From the NCBI GenBank assembly GCA_943704415.1, contig CALSCO010001254.1:1-37891 (forward strand): DNA of 37,891 nt, written 5' to 3'. Positions 1 through 11,467 of this stretch are shown in pieces. This DNA comes from Parvularia atlantis. Its lineage: Eukaryota. The notes under the pieces are model-generated. The model worked only from the letters and a program-made list of their open reading frames with translations, ran no database searches and was not told where the DNA came from. Every line of letters begins with the position of its first letter. The stretch's first letter is position 1. Both the position numbers and the translations under genes were made by a program.

Positions 1-36
1 CCCCTCCCCCCCGGCTGCTGATCGGGCGGCCGCCAG

Positions 37-1267
37 CCGAGTCGACGCGCGCCGACCACCGCATCGCGGCGCGCGGGCTGCTCCGCGCGGCGATTGCGGC
101 GCTGCACGAGCCGGGCCACGCGCTGGCGGGACGCGGGTACGTCGCGGGCCGCGCCGGGCGCACGCAACGCCCGTGGACGCGCGCACGGCCGCCAGGTCGC
201 TCCGCATCGGCCTCTCGGGCTCGCCGGGCGTGGGCAAGTCGACGCTGATCGAGTCGCTCGGGCTGCACGTCGTCGGGCAGGGCCATCGCGTCGCCGTGCT
301 CGTGCGCCTCCTCGCCTTCCTCCAGATGCTGTGCTCACACCGCAAGGCGCAGGCCGTCGACCCGTCCTCGGCCGTCTCGGGCGGGTCCATCCTCGGCGAC
401 AAGACGCGCATGCTCGAGCTCTCGCGCCACGACAGCGCCTACGTCCGGCCCTCGCCCACGCGCGGCACGCTCGGTGGTGTCGCGCGCAACACGAGCGAGG
501 CGATCATCCTCTGCGAGGGTGCGCGCGCTCGCCCGGGTCGTCCGCGCTCGTCGTCGCTCACGTTGGCCCCCTTCCCGGCAAGCCGCCGGCTACGACGTCG
601 TCCTCGTCGAGACCGTCGGCGTGGGCCAGTCCGAGACGATCGTGGCCGACATGGTCGACCTGTTTGTGCTGCTCGTGCCGCCGGCCGGGGGCGACGAGCT
701 GCAGGTGCGCACGTGCAGACGTGTTGTGCGCGGTCTCACGTTTCTCACGACGGCGCACGCAAAGGGCATCAAGCGCGGCATCATGGAGCTCGCCGACCTC
801 GTGCTCGTGACCAAGGCCGACGGCGAACTTGTCAACGCCGCACGCGCCGCCCAGCTCGAGTACACCTCCGCGCTCAAGTTCCTCCACCCGCGCACGGCCT
901 GGTGGCGCCCGACCGTCCTCAGTGTCTCATCGGTTCAACGTAGCGGCATCGCGGCCGCGTGGGACGCGATGGTCGCCTTCCACCGCCAGGCCCAGAGCAC
1001 CGGCGCGCTCTGGGACCGCCGCGGGCACCAGAACAAGACGTGGATGTGGCGGCAGGTGCAGGACGAGCTGATGAGCCGGTGCGGCCGGCGTTGCACGGGC
1101 TGCGCGTATCTCACCCTAGCCCACGCAGCCTCGAGCGCAACGCCGACGTGCAGCGCGAGCTCGCGCGCGTCGCCGACGACGTCTACAGTGGACGCGTCCC
1201 GCCCGGGCTCGCCGCCGACGACCTCGTCCGCACCTTCTTTGCCAGCGCGGCCGCTGTCGGGCGCTGA
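37..1267 (+). CDS. MMAA: MMAA/MeaB-family GTPase, methylmalonyl-CoA mutase chaperone (5' partial, spliced)
   Basis: Spliced protein has [14 protein letters not shown] (P-loop), [53 protein letters not shown] and VTKAD. Four GT-AG introns (e.g. 302-352, 705-764). Acceptor at 35-36, stop TGA 1265-1267. Confidence 0.93.
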
Positions 1268-1317
1268 GCCTCGTCTTATGCGCGCGCACATCGTAGGCTA
1301 AGCTTGGGTCAATCAAT

Positions 1318-2998
1318 CTACAGCAGCATACGGTCTTGCCACGCCGACGGCCCGCGCGAGGGCGGCCCCACGCGCAGCACGCCCGCCGTCCGGTCTTGTG
1401 ACGCCGTGGCGACGTCTGCGGCCCCGGCAGCGTCAGGACCGACCGTCTCAGCACGCCGCTGAACCGTACATTGGTCGTCGCACGACACAGCCACGTCTTC
1501 GATGTCGTCGTTGTGCTGCAGCGCGTCCGCCACGAGCTCAAAGCGCCCCTCGGGCTGCCGCCTGTACCTTTGCGACGCGGGCCCGTCAGCGACCCGCCGT
1601 CGCCCCACAGGGTGCGTCGCGCACCGCCGCAGCCGCCCCGTGTCGCTGCCGGCAAACATCTGCAAGCCGTCGGACGTGAACCTGGCGCGCAGCTTGTCAG
1701 TCGGGCCCGGTGCAGGCAGCCGAGCACACACTTGACCCGCCACAGCGGCATCGTGTGGGACGCCGCACCGCCCGTCAGCACGCGCCGCGTCGCGCCCACG
1801 TTGCGCGGGTGGAACGCGGTCAGCTCGTGGCTCGCGGCGACGATGCAGCCTGTGCGTGGCGCAGCTGTTGTCGGCCGGGTGTCGTGCGGCGCGTCGCGTC
1901 GAGACGCACTCTCGTAGTCGAGCGGCGCGCGGTCGAGTGGCTCCGGCGTCAGCGCAAATGAGTAGAGCGGCGACTCGAGCACGTACACCGACACCGTCTG
2001 CCCGTCGTTGCCCTGGCAGGCGCGCTGAGCACACAGAGGCCTGGCGCACACGTGCGGATGCACGCACCACGGCGCGCATGTTGCCGTCCTCGGCGCACGT
2101 CACGAGCGCGGGTAACCGCTCGTCCACCGACAGGTTGTAGGACGCGGCCCACGAGCGCGGCAGCAACGCAATGTCGCGGATCGTGCCGCGGTGCAACTGC
2201 GGTCCCTGTGTGAGCACGACGCGGCGCCACGGCGCAGCGCGCTTGTCACGCACGTCCGCCTGGTGCCTGACGGGCTTGCTCAGCCGCGTGTCGATGTACG
2301 TCAGGCCGCGTCCCTGGCGCACGTCGCGGCCTCAGCACCACGTCGACAGGCAGTACGTGTGTGCGCGCACGTCCAGGTTCGCGGCCACGACGATGTTGGG
2401 GTGAGCGAGCGGTGTCCCCGCTGCGATCGCGCCGCGCTCGCGCCCCTGTGTGCGGCCCTCAGCGCAACACGGCGTCGCAGCCGGGCGCGCGCACCGCGTA
2501 GCACGCGTTCTCGTGCGCGGCCAGCACCGTCCCGGTCTCGACGTCGACGAGCACGAGTACGCGCGTGTTGAGCGCGGCTGCGATGCGCCGTCCCGTCAGT
2601 CGGCGATGCGCGCGCGCCACACGCATCGCCCCACCGACAAACTCGGTGCCGGACGGCGTGAACGTGAGCGCCTTGACGCCGACCGACGGCGGCCCAGGCA
2701 TCTGGCCCCGTGCGCACGTTCAGCACCGCGGCGATGCGCATCGGCCGACAACGTACCGCGATCGACCGCAGCGCCGCCTGCGCCGCGACGTCGAACAGCC
2801 GCGCCGTGCCGTCGTACGCGCCGCTGAGCAGCAGCGCCGGCTCGCGCGGCGAGAAGCTGACCGAGCGCACCGAGCCGGTGTGCCCGCTCAGCCGCACCAC
2901 GTCCGGCGGCACTGCGCACGCCCCACGCCCGCGCGCGCGCGCGCGTCAGCAGGGCGCGCTGCTGTGATCCATCGCGTGCGCTCACGTTGAGGCGGCAT
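1318..2998 (-). CDS. WD40-repeat protein (spliced)
   Basis: LSGHTGSVRSVSFSP..LLSGAYDGTARLFD, LHRGTIRDIA..LVTCAEDG and LQHNDDIEDVAVS..VATASQDRT. The ATG at 2998 is joined by an intron (MPPQ|LPPDVVRLSGH). Stop TAG at 1318. Confidence 0.8.
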
Positions 2999-3023
2999 CG
3001 TGTACAACAAGGTCGAACTGAAG

Positions 3024-5786
3024 TCATTCATCGTCCCCGCCCTCGCCCGGGTCCTCCACGTCCACGACCTGCACGACACGCCGCGCGCCGTCAAGCAGCA
3101 CGGCAAGCTTGCGCGAGCTCGAGACGTGCTGTCGCGTGCGCGCGCCGTCAGCCGCCAACTGTGGCCACCGGGCGCACGCCACACCATGTGCGCAGCGTGC
3201 TGCTCGAGCGCGAGCGTGCTCGTCAGCAGCCTGCGGAACGGGACCGGTGCGCCAGGCGAGGCTCCGGCGGGTGACCAGGGCAGCCTGTCGTCGTCATCGA
3301 GCGCGAGCAGGACGAGCTTGGCGCCGTCGGCCGCGTCGCTGCCGGGCTGCATGAGCGCGAGCAGGGCGCCGTCGCCGTAGAGGTCCACAGCAGACGCGTG
3401 CGACAGCTCCGACACCTGGTCCTCGCCCGCCATGCCCACCGCGAACGAGATCTGCGCCGTCTCAATCAAAGACGGGTCGTCCAGCGGCGCGCGCAGCAGA
3501 ATCACGCGCTCGCCGCTTGTGTGCACGGCAAACACGCAGCGCTGTCGCCCTCGCGTGAGGCTCGTGGGCAGCACACCTGCCACGCACCCCGTCGCCTGTA
3601 ACAACATGTGTTGGCCGCGCGTCGGTGCCGCGGCCCGGCAGGGCGATGGGCACGGCGCGCTCCAGCCGCAGCGACTTGCCGACGGAGGCCGCCGGACTGC
3701 ACTGCACGGCGCGCACGGCGTCGCGGAGCTCGTTCACAACGCCCGTCATGGGCGCCTGTCGCGCACGCATCAGCATCACCTCCTTCCGCACAGTCGCGCG
3801 CACCTCGTCAGCAATGACGCGCAACGGCCCGCCGCGCGTACCGCCCTGCCGCACAAAGACCAGCAGCTGGTCGTACGCGCTCAGCTGCTCGGTGGAAAAC
3901 TTGTCAGGAAAACCTGAGCGCACAGCGTCAGCAAGACACTTGCGCTGAGCCGTCGCGCGCACCCTCGGGCGCGTGCAGCGACGGCAGGCTCGCCGTGTGC
4001 CGCAGCCAGCGCATAAACAGCGGCCACTGCGCCGCGTAGTCCTTCGCGGTGGCAATGACATGCCGGCTGTGCTGCTCTAGCTTCTCGACCGCGGCCAGGG
4101 CGCGATGCACCGTCACTGTCTCAAAGCCGAGCACGCCGTACCCGTCGTACCTGCGAGGCGTCAGTCAGCACGAGAGCCGCGCACGCACGCGTCACGCACC
4201 AGGCAGCGTTGCGCCCGACCGTCTCAAGGTCACGGCGCAGGGCAGCGAGCAGCGGTGCGACGAGCGCATCGAGCGTCAGCACGACTGTGCGTAGCGCGCC
4301 CGTCACGCCCTTCTCAAGGCGGTTCACACCCTGCATCCGGTCGCATAAGTACGCACACGTGCCGGCAGTTGTGACGCACCGACTCCTTCACGACCGTGTG
4401 CAGGAACGTGCGAAGGCGCTGGTCCAGCGGCGCGGCGACGATTGCGAGCTCGATCATCCGGTCTACAGACAGGTCCACTGCCGCGCTCGTGTGATGAGCG
4501 CGGTGCGCGCACGCTGCATTGGGCACACGCTGCACCGTCCACGCGCGCCTGCGACTGCTCAAAGTGCCGGAAGCACCCGTCCAGCTGTGCAAACAGGTCC
4601 TTCAGCGCCTGCGTTCGTCAAGGTCAGCAGCGCAAGCTGGCCAAGCGACGCCGCGCCACGTACCTCGGCCACCTTCTCGACGTGCGCGTTCAGTCGCTCC
4701 TCCAGGTTGCGCGTGGCGACCTGCATCAGTCCGGCCATCTGCTGCAGCTCGCTGCGTGCGCGCGCGTATGAGCATCGAACGGTCGCGCAGCGCAGCGCAC
4801 GCACGTGGCGCGCTTGTGCAGCAGCCCCGTGTCAAACAACTGCAGCACGACGCGGCCATCCGCCTCTGCCAGCAGCACGACCAGCCGCTGCGAGTTTGGC
4901 AGCAGCACCTGCGACGCTCGCGCGTACGCAAAGCCCCATCAGATCAGAGCGGAGCAAAGCGTGCACTCACCGCGTCCAACACCGTCTGGCCGTCGCACAG
5001 CGGCGCCTCAGACGCAGTCAGGAAGCCTGAGGCCACGCACATCATCAGCACCGGAGCCAGGCGCGCAGACTGTCGCGCGTGCCGTCAAACGTGATGTACG
5101 AATGGCCGTCGGGCGCCGCCGATAGCAGCAGGCCGAGCGGCTATGGCGGGCCGTAGCGATCAGCCACGGCACGCGCGTCTGCATGCGCACACGAACCGGT
5201 GCACCAGGCTCGGGTGTGGGCGGGTGCAGCTGCAGCGCCGCGCGGACGCGATGCACGGCCTGCTGCTCGATCGTAGGCGCGAACCACTGCATCGTCACGC
5301 ACGCGCTCTGGGCGAGCGGCACACTCAGGTGCGGCTGTGTTGTTTCTGTACGTGAGCGTCGGCGAAAGAGTCGCGCCGTGGCACGCACGTCGCCCTGTTC
5401 CACGTCCAGCACGGTCAGGTGCGTCGCCGTCTGCACCGCGACCGCGCGCCCGTCCGGCCGCCACGCCATCCCCTGTCGACGTGCGATCAGCAGCAGCAGT
5501 GGCACGATCGCCGCATCGGGCGCGCACCAGCACTGCGCCCTGCTCGCGCGGCACGGCCCACTGCCACAGGCGCTGCCAGTTGAGCGCGCGCAGCACGGCG
5601 ACGACGGCGCCATCGACGGCAGTCACACTCGCGGCGGCGACGAGGTCGAGCGCGGGGCACCTGCGCGCCCCCACGAGAGCGATCAGCACACGGCGACGGC
5701 AACGACGGCAACGGCAACGGCTGACGCGCGCACCACACGACTGCGTCGAGCGACGCCGCCGAGGCGCGCTGCACGACGAGCAGCAT
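3024..5786 (-). CDS. ANAPC4: Anaphase-promoting complex subunit 4-like (spliced)
   Basis: N-terminal W|CPALDLVA..VLRALNWQRLW and MAWRPDGRAVAV match the APC4 WD40 region. Helical middle with YAAQWPLFMRWL. Ends RRVVQVVDVEDPGEGGDDE* at 3024. Confidence 0.75.
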
Positions 5787-5804
5787 CCAGTCTGAGATTC
5801 GAAA

Positions 5805-6638
5805 ATGACATCGCGCGCGGACCCCGCGCAGCTCGGCGCGCTCGTGCGCGGCGTCGATGCGCAGTGCGAGGGCACGGCGCCGTACGACCTCGACGCGAAC
5901 CTGGCCGTGCTCAAGCTGTGCGTCAAGGGGAGGGATGGGCCGCGGATGGGCCGCGGATGGGCGCAGCGAGGCGGGCAGACTGACCGTGCTGCGCGACGCG
6001 TGTGCGAATTCGCCGCAGGTACCAGTTCAACCCGTCGCACGTCGACGTCGTCGTCGTGAGCAAGATTCTGCTCAAGGCGCTCATGCGCCTGCCCAACGCC
6101 GACTTCAACCTGTGCATGTACCTGCTGAATGAGCAGCTGGTGCGTGGCCCAGCGTCGTGTGGTGTCCGCGTCGATCCTGACGTGCCGCGCCTGCGCGCGC
6201 GCAGTCGGAGCTGGAGGAGATCACGCGCCTCGTCAAGGCGCACGACCTGCTGCAGACGGCCAAGTTCGCCGAGTTCTGGGCGTACGCGGCGACGCTGGCC
6301 GAGCACACGAAGGCGATCAAGGGCTTTGCCGACGCCGTGCGGCAGTGTGCGTTTGTGCCAGTCTGAGCCTGCGCGTGTCTGCTCACGCGCACGCCGCAGT
6401 CATCGCGCTCACCGTCAGCATCACCTTTCAGAAGGTCAACCTGGGCGTGCTCGCCGGGTACCTCCACATGCAGGGCGACGAGCTGCACGCGTTCGTCAAG
6501 ACGCTCGGATGGACCGTCGCGGGCGACGTCGTCACGGTCGCGCTCAACGACGAGAACCAGGCAAAGCCGATGGCGGCGCAGGAGCGGATCAAGTTTGACC
6601 AGCTCACGCGCATTATCGGCTACGCGGCGAGCGTGTAG
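5805..6638 (+). CDS. EIF3K: Eukaryotic translation initiation factor 3 subunit K (3 introns)
   Basis: YDLDANLAVLKL|YQFNP, KILLKALMRLPNADFNLC, FAEFW, IKGFADAVR, ERIKFDQLTRII. Confidence 0.93.
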
Positions 6639-6711
6639 CTAACGCGGTGTGCGCCCACGTGCGCTGCCGCTGTACATGTGTGTAGATGCATGCTCCGCTC
6701 GTGCACCGACA

Positions 6712-8114
6712 TCAGTCAGGGGACAGCCGGCGCGGGAACCACGGCACGAACGCGCTTGTGCGCTTGTGGTACCGCTTGAGCATCGTGATCTTGTCAGGCT
6801 TATTCTTGGCCCCGTTGAGCATCTTGCGGTCCATCGCCGGCACCGAGTAGCCCAGGAAGAGCGCGATCATGGTCACGCAGCCAGCCGCGGCATACCAGCG
6901 CACTGCGTGGCGCTCTCAGCAGTGCGCGCATGGCACAAGCCGCGCAGACGCACGCGTGTGCACGGCAAAGATCGCGAGGCCGCACCAGACCAGGACCTCG
7001 AAGAAGTAGTTTGGGTGCCGCGAGTACGCCCACATGCCCTGCGCGGTAGCCGCGTCAGCCATGTTCGCGCATGGACATGTAGGCAGGCACGGCGGCGCAC
7101 CTCGGTCAGCACGTGCGCCTGGCTCATTGGGTCGGCCTGGCGCCGGATGCGGTAGCTCTGCAGCTGCGCGTCGGCGATGGCTGGTCGTGCGACCGTGTCA
7201 GCAGCGCGTCCCGCACGGCTTCGCCGCGCCTCGCCTTCGCCAACGATGGCCAGCAGCGTCACGGTGAAGGCAACGTAGTCCCATGCGTTGAGCGGCGCAC
7301 GCGAGTCGTGCACGACCCAAATCTGCGGGCGGGGCGGTCAGCTGCGCGCGCGAGCGCGGCAGCCCAAGCCGACGCGCACCGGCATCGAGCCCAGGAAGAG
7401 CATCGCGCCCTGGCTCAGGTACGTTACGCCGAGCGAGAGCAGCGGCCACGGCACACCGCGCTTGAACCCCCACTGCTGGAACTGTGATCCAGCCGCAGCG
7501 TCAGCACCACGTACGAGGGTCGCGCAGAGACGCACCTGCAGCAGACGCCAGTCGCTCTCGTACAGGAACGAGCCGAGGCGCGTGAACGTGAAGTGGTTGT
7601 AGCAGATGCGCACGCCGTAGAGCAGACCGAGCGCGAGGATCATGAGGCTGCGCTGGTCGTTGTAGTGCGCGCCTGCCGATGTACCGCACCGTCCGTGAGC
7701 GCGCCGCCGCGATCCGCGCGCGACGGAGGCCGCGCGACGGAGGCCGCGCGACGGAGGCCGCACCGGGCAGGCTGCGCGCGAGCAGCGTCGCCGTCCAAAT
7801 GCCGTAGTGCCAGTTGATGTCAAACAGCCCGCCGTGCGCGCCGAACGCGACCGCCGCGAGCGCCCACAGCAGCAGCACGCCCACGAGCACCCACGCGGCG
7901 GCCTGCCAGACCTGCGATCGCGATGGTCAGCGAGATGTCGCCTGCGGCGCACGGGGCCACCCCGCACAATGTCGTGGCTCGCCAGCTCCGGGAACAGCCG
8001 CCCCTCGACGATCGGCCGCAGCACGCGCAGCAGCAGCGCCAGCGCGGCCGTGTTGCCCACGAGCACGAGCGACACGGCGAACAGCGCGCGGGGCCGCGGC
8101 CAGTACGGCTGCAT
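6712..8114 (-). CDS. DUF1295 / steroid 5-alpha-reductase-like membrane protein (spliced)
   Basis: Several hydrophobic helices with ESDWR, E|AIADAQL..YR, GMWAYSRHPNYFFE..VW and YHKRTSAFVPWFP. Confidence 0.85.
7717..7758. repeat. 14-nt tandem repeat (CGCGCGACGGAGGC)x3 inside a DUF1295-gene intron
   Basis: Three exact adjacent copies read directly. Confidence 0.85.
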
Positions 8115-8142
8115 CTTGTGCGTCGGCAGTTATCTGGGACGC

Positions 8143-8818
8143 ATGGGCGGCGCCGCATCACGATGTGTGTGCGCTCGCTGCTGACCTTCGCGCTCGCCTT
8201 CGTCTCACGCGACGCTCAGCCGGTGCCGCAGCAGCCGCATCGGCCACCGCTGCGCGCTCACGGCCCACAGCTGCCCCACCGCAGCCGCCAAAGGTCGACG
8301 TCGAGGCCGCGATACAGAAGGACAACCAGCTGCTCGGCAAGCTCGCGGCGCTCGAGCGCGCGGTGCAGGACGGCGGGCGCGGCGATGCGGCCGCACGTGC
8401 GGTGGGTGTGCTTCTCCGCCGCATCGTTGGCCGCCCCCGCTCACGCGCCATCGTAGACCGTGACGCGCTCACCCGCGTCGGCCAAGGCGCTGCAGCGCGC
8501 CGGCACGTACACGCAGGACGAGGCGCGTTGCGGCGCGCGCATGACGCACACGTGCGGCTGACGCGGCAATGCGACACGCCGCAGCTGCGTGACTTTTTCG
8601 TGCTCGGCAAGCGGCCCAGGGCGATGGACGATGCGACGGCGCAGCTGCTCAAGGTGCGCCTCGAGAGCGCATCAGCTGCCGTGCGCTGACTGAGCCGCCG
8701 GCAGGAGCACTACGCCGTGTTCACGATCCTCGAGGGGCCCGACGGCGCCTTGCTGGGCGTGTGGCCTCAGGCAAGCGCCAAGGATCCGTCGCCGCAGCAG
8801 CCACCGCAGCAGCCCTGA
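8143..8818 (+). CDS. Small spliced protein, weakly NDUFAF4-like (complex I assembly factor)
   Basis: Splicing four introns gives MGGAASRS..VEAAIQKDNQLLGKL..AGTYTQDE|LRDFF..MDDATAQLLK|EHYAVFTI. The MG start and these blocks recall NDUFAF4 from memory only. Confidence 0.45.
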
Positions 8819-9004
8819 TCACACGTTTGTACAGGCGCCGATCGGGCGGTTCTAGGACACTTGCGGGGGCGCTGGCGCTGCGGCCGTGGCTGCGGCCAGC
8901 GCCTGCTTTTGCTGGTTGAGGCGTGCGATGATGCGCGGCCGAAGCACGCACATGTACGCCTGAACGCGCGCGCGGCACGTCAGTCTGCGCGCAGGTTTCG
9001 GTCA

Positions 9005-9999
9005 TTATTGCCGGCGCACCATGACAAAGACGAAGAAGACGAGCGACGCGGCCAGGAGCGTCAGCATAAAGACCTGCACAAACATGCTCGTCGCAAACGT
9101 CGTGCCGCCGCCACCGAGGTCGCCCTGGCGCGGCACGAGCGGCTCGAACGTGTGCTGCCGGAACCACCTGATCTCGCCGTGCAGGCTGAGCTGGCTGCTC
9201 GGTGTCGTCTCCTCGAAGCGCTCGCGCACTGTTCACGCCCGCGTCGGCGTCAGCACGCGCGGCCAGGCGCACGACCACTGCGGCGCACTCGGGTAGGCCG
9301 CCGCGCCGATGATCCAGCCCGAGTCGGCATGGAACACAAAGTTGACGTGGTTGTCGATGTGGATGTGCTGCGTCTCGGACTGCGCGGCGCCACTCAGCGA
9401 CGCAGCACGAAAGAGCGGGCGCACTGCGCACCAGGCCCCACAGCGGGATCGCAAACGGGATCTTGAACGAGTGGTCGTCGGCGCTCATCGCGACGCGGCA
9501 ATTCCAGCCGGCTGCAGCGCCGGCCCCAGTCAGCAGCGAGCGCCTGCGGAGGGGGTGGTGCGCACAGTGCACGCTGATCAGCTGGCGCAGGTACGCGTAC
9601 AGCGCGTCGTCCATCGCGAGCGTGCAGCGGTAGCCCATGTCGACGCCGAAGCGCAGCGTGAGGCTCTCCTTCGTCTGCACGCACGCACAGCATCAGCAGT
9701 CACGCACACGCGCACGCCGCGCACGTACCTCGCTGCAGATCGGGCCGGGTCCCCACGAGCCGTCCTGCGCGCGGCACTCAATGTGCACGGGCGTGCTGAC
9801 CGCGTACGGCAGGTGCTGGTGCGCGTGCTGCTGCTTCTGCTGCTGCTGCGGTTGCGTGCATTGACGACGACCGATCGCGCGTACAGGCCGTCAGCGCACA
9901 CGCCCAGAGACGTACGGCACACGCGAGCCGCACCGGCCCGGCAGTGAGCGCAACCACGACGCCGAAGCTGATCGCCGCCAGCCACGCGAGAAGCAGCAT
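9005..9999 (-). CDS. Uncharacterised type I membrane protein (signal peptide, Cys-containing lumenal domain, C-terminal TM helix)
   Basis: Signal-like MLLLAWLAAISFGVVVA, then IECR..PICSE|TKESLTLRFGVD, WNCRV, HIHIDNHVNFVFH, IIGAAAYP, HGEIRWF, TM VFMLTLLAASLVFFVFVMV and RRQ*. Confidence 0.75.
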
Positions 10000-10023
10000 G
10001 GCCGCGGGTATTGTGACACAACC

Positions 10024-11442
10024 ATGGACGTGGTCTCTGCAGGGGCACGCGCCGCGACCTTCTCTGTCCGTGCGCCTTCCCCCTCCTGCCGTCGCGTGCG
10101 CTCACGACGTGCGCAGGAGGAGGACGGCATCCACACGCTCGTGGTCAAGGATGCAAGCGCGAGCGCCGTCTTCGTCGTGCTGTGGCGCGGGCGCGCTGCG
10201 TGGGCCGTGCACGATCTGCACCGCCTGCTCGGCCTCACCGTGCGCGTGCGCGCGGCGTTGGACCACACGCGCGAGCGCGCCTTCCCCGGCGCCCCGCCCG
10301 CGCTCGGCGCCGAGTCGCCGCTGCTGCTGCTGCACGCCAGCACCGCGTCCGACGCCGACGTCGTCGTCCACGTCGTGCTCGACACGGCGATCGTCGAGCT
10401 GCCGGACGACGCCGAGGTCGTGTTTCGTGCAACGGGCGCAGACGGCACCAAGGGGTGGTGCATGCGCGCGGGCGAGTTTCGGCGGCGCATCGTCGACGCG
10501 TCCGGCTGCGAAGTCCACGTCGTCGACCTTTCGGCCAACGGCATTCGTATGGCGCGCAACCGGCCCATCCGTGCCACGCTTGGAGCACAACCAGCGCGGC
10601 GTGTGCGCCCGCCCGCCTTTGTCACGTCTGGCAGCGCGGCCGGCACACCGGAGGCCGAGGCGGCAGCGCAGCGACACCGGCGGCAGTCGACGTCGGACCC
10701 GTTCGACTGGCTCAAGGCGCGCCCGGCGATCGACGACATCGCGCGCGTCGAGGCAGGGCGGCGCGTGGCGTGCCCCGCGTGCCACCGCACGAGCAAGGTG
10801 TTTTGCCGCGTGTGTCTCACGTCGCTCATGCCGCCCGAGACGCCGCTACCGCGCCTGGCGCTGCCGATCCCGCTCGTCGTCGTCAAGCACGTGGCCGAGC
10901 ACAACGGCAAGAGTACGGCCGTGCACGCCAAGGTGCTCGCGCCGGACCACGTCCAGCTCGTCGACTACCCAACCAACATGACGCGCGAGGCGCTGTTGCG
11001 GGCCTTTGGCGAGCCGCCCGACGCCGACCTCGCGCGTGTCGTGGCCGAGACCGCGCTGCTCTTCCCGGCGCCGGGCGCAGTGCAGCCGCGTGACATGCCG
11101 CTGGAGGACCGTGCCCGCCTGCGCCGCGTCGTCGTGCTCGATGGGACGTGGTCACACGTGAACAAGATGTACGAGGACCTGGGCGACTGCCTGGGCGGGC
11201 GGTCGCTGCGCGCGGTGCTGATCGACCCGTCGCGTCGAACGCAATACTGGCGGTCGAATGGGTTCGACAATGACGCGTTCCTCGCGACGATCGAGGCCAT
11301 GTACTACCTTGAGCGCGAGTTTGCCGACCCAGAGGCGATCGACGTGCTGGACAACATGCTCGTGCTCTTCGCTAGCCAGTACCGGATGGTCGCGCAGGCC
11401 AAGCGGGCGCGCATGGGCGAGGAGGGGGCCGAACCAGTGTAA
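10024..11442 (+). CDS. DTWD1: DTW-domain tRNA-uridine aminocarboxypropyltransferase, DTWD1-like, with N-terminal extension
   Basis: CPAC..FCRVC, VVKHVAEHNGKSTAVHAKVLAP, LLFP, LDGTW and FLATIEAMYY. Probable in-frame intron at 10066-10116. Confidence 0.85.
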   Translation: MDVVSAGARAATFSVRAPSPSCRRVRSRRAQEEDGIHTLVVKDASASAVFVVLWRGRAAWAVHDLHRLLGLTVRVRAALDHTRERAFPGAPPALGAESPLLLLHASTASDADVVVHVVLDTAIVELPDDAEVVFRATGADGTKGWCMRAGEFRRRIVDASGCEVHVVDLSANGIRMARNRPIRATLGAQPARRVRPPAFVTSGSAAGTPEAEAAAQRHRRQSTSDPFDWLKARPAIDDIARVEAGRRVACPACHRTSKVFCRVCLTSLMPPETPLPRLALPIPLVVVKHVAEHNGKSTAVHAKVLAPDHVQLVDYPTNMTREALLRAFGEPPDADLARVVAETALLFPAPGAVQPRDMPLEDRARLRRVVVLDGTWSHVNKMYEDLGDCLGGRSLRAVLIDPSRRTQYWRSNGFDNDAFLATIEAMYYLEREFADPEAIDVLDNMLVLFASQYRMVAQAKRARMGEEGAEPV

Positions 11443-11467
11443 CTGACGGCGCACAAAGCACGACCGC

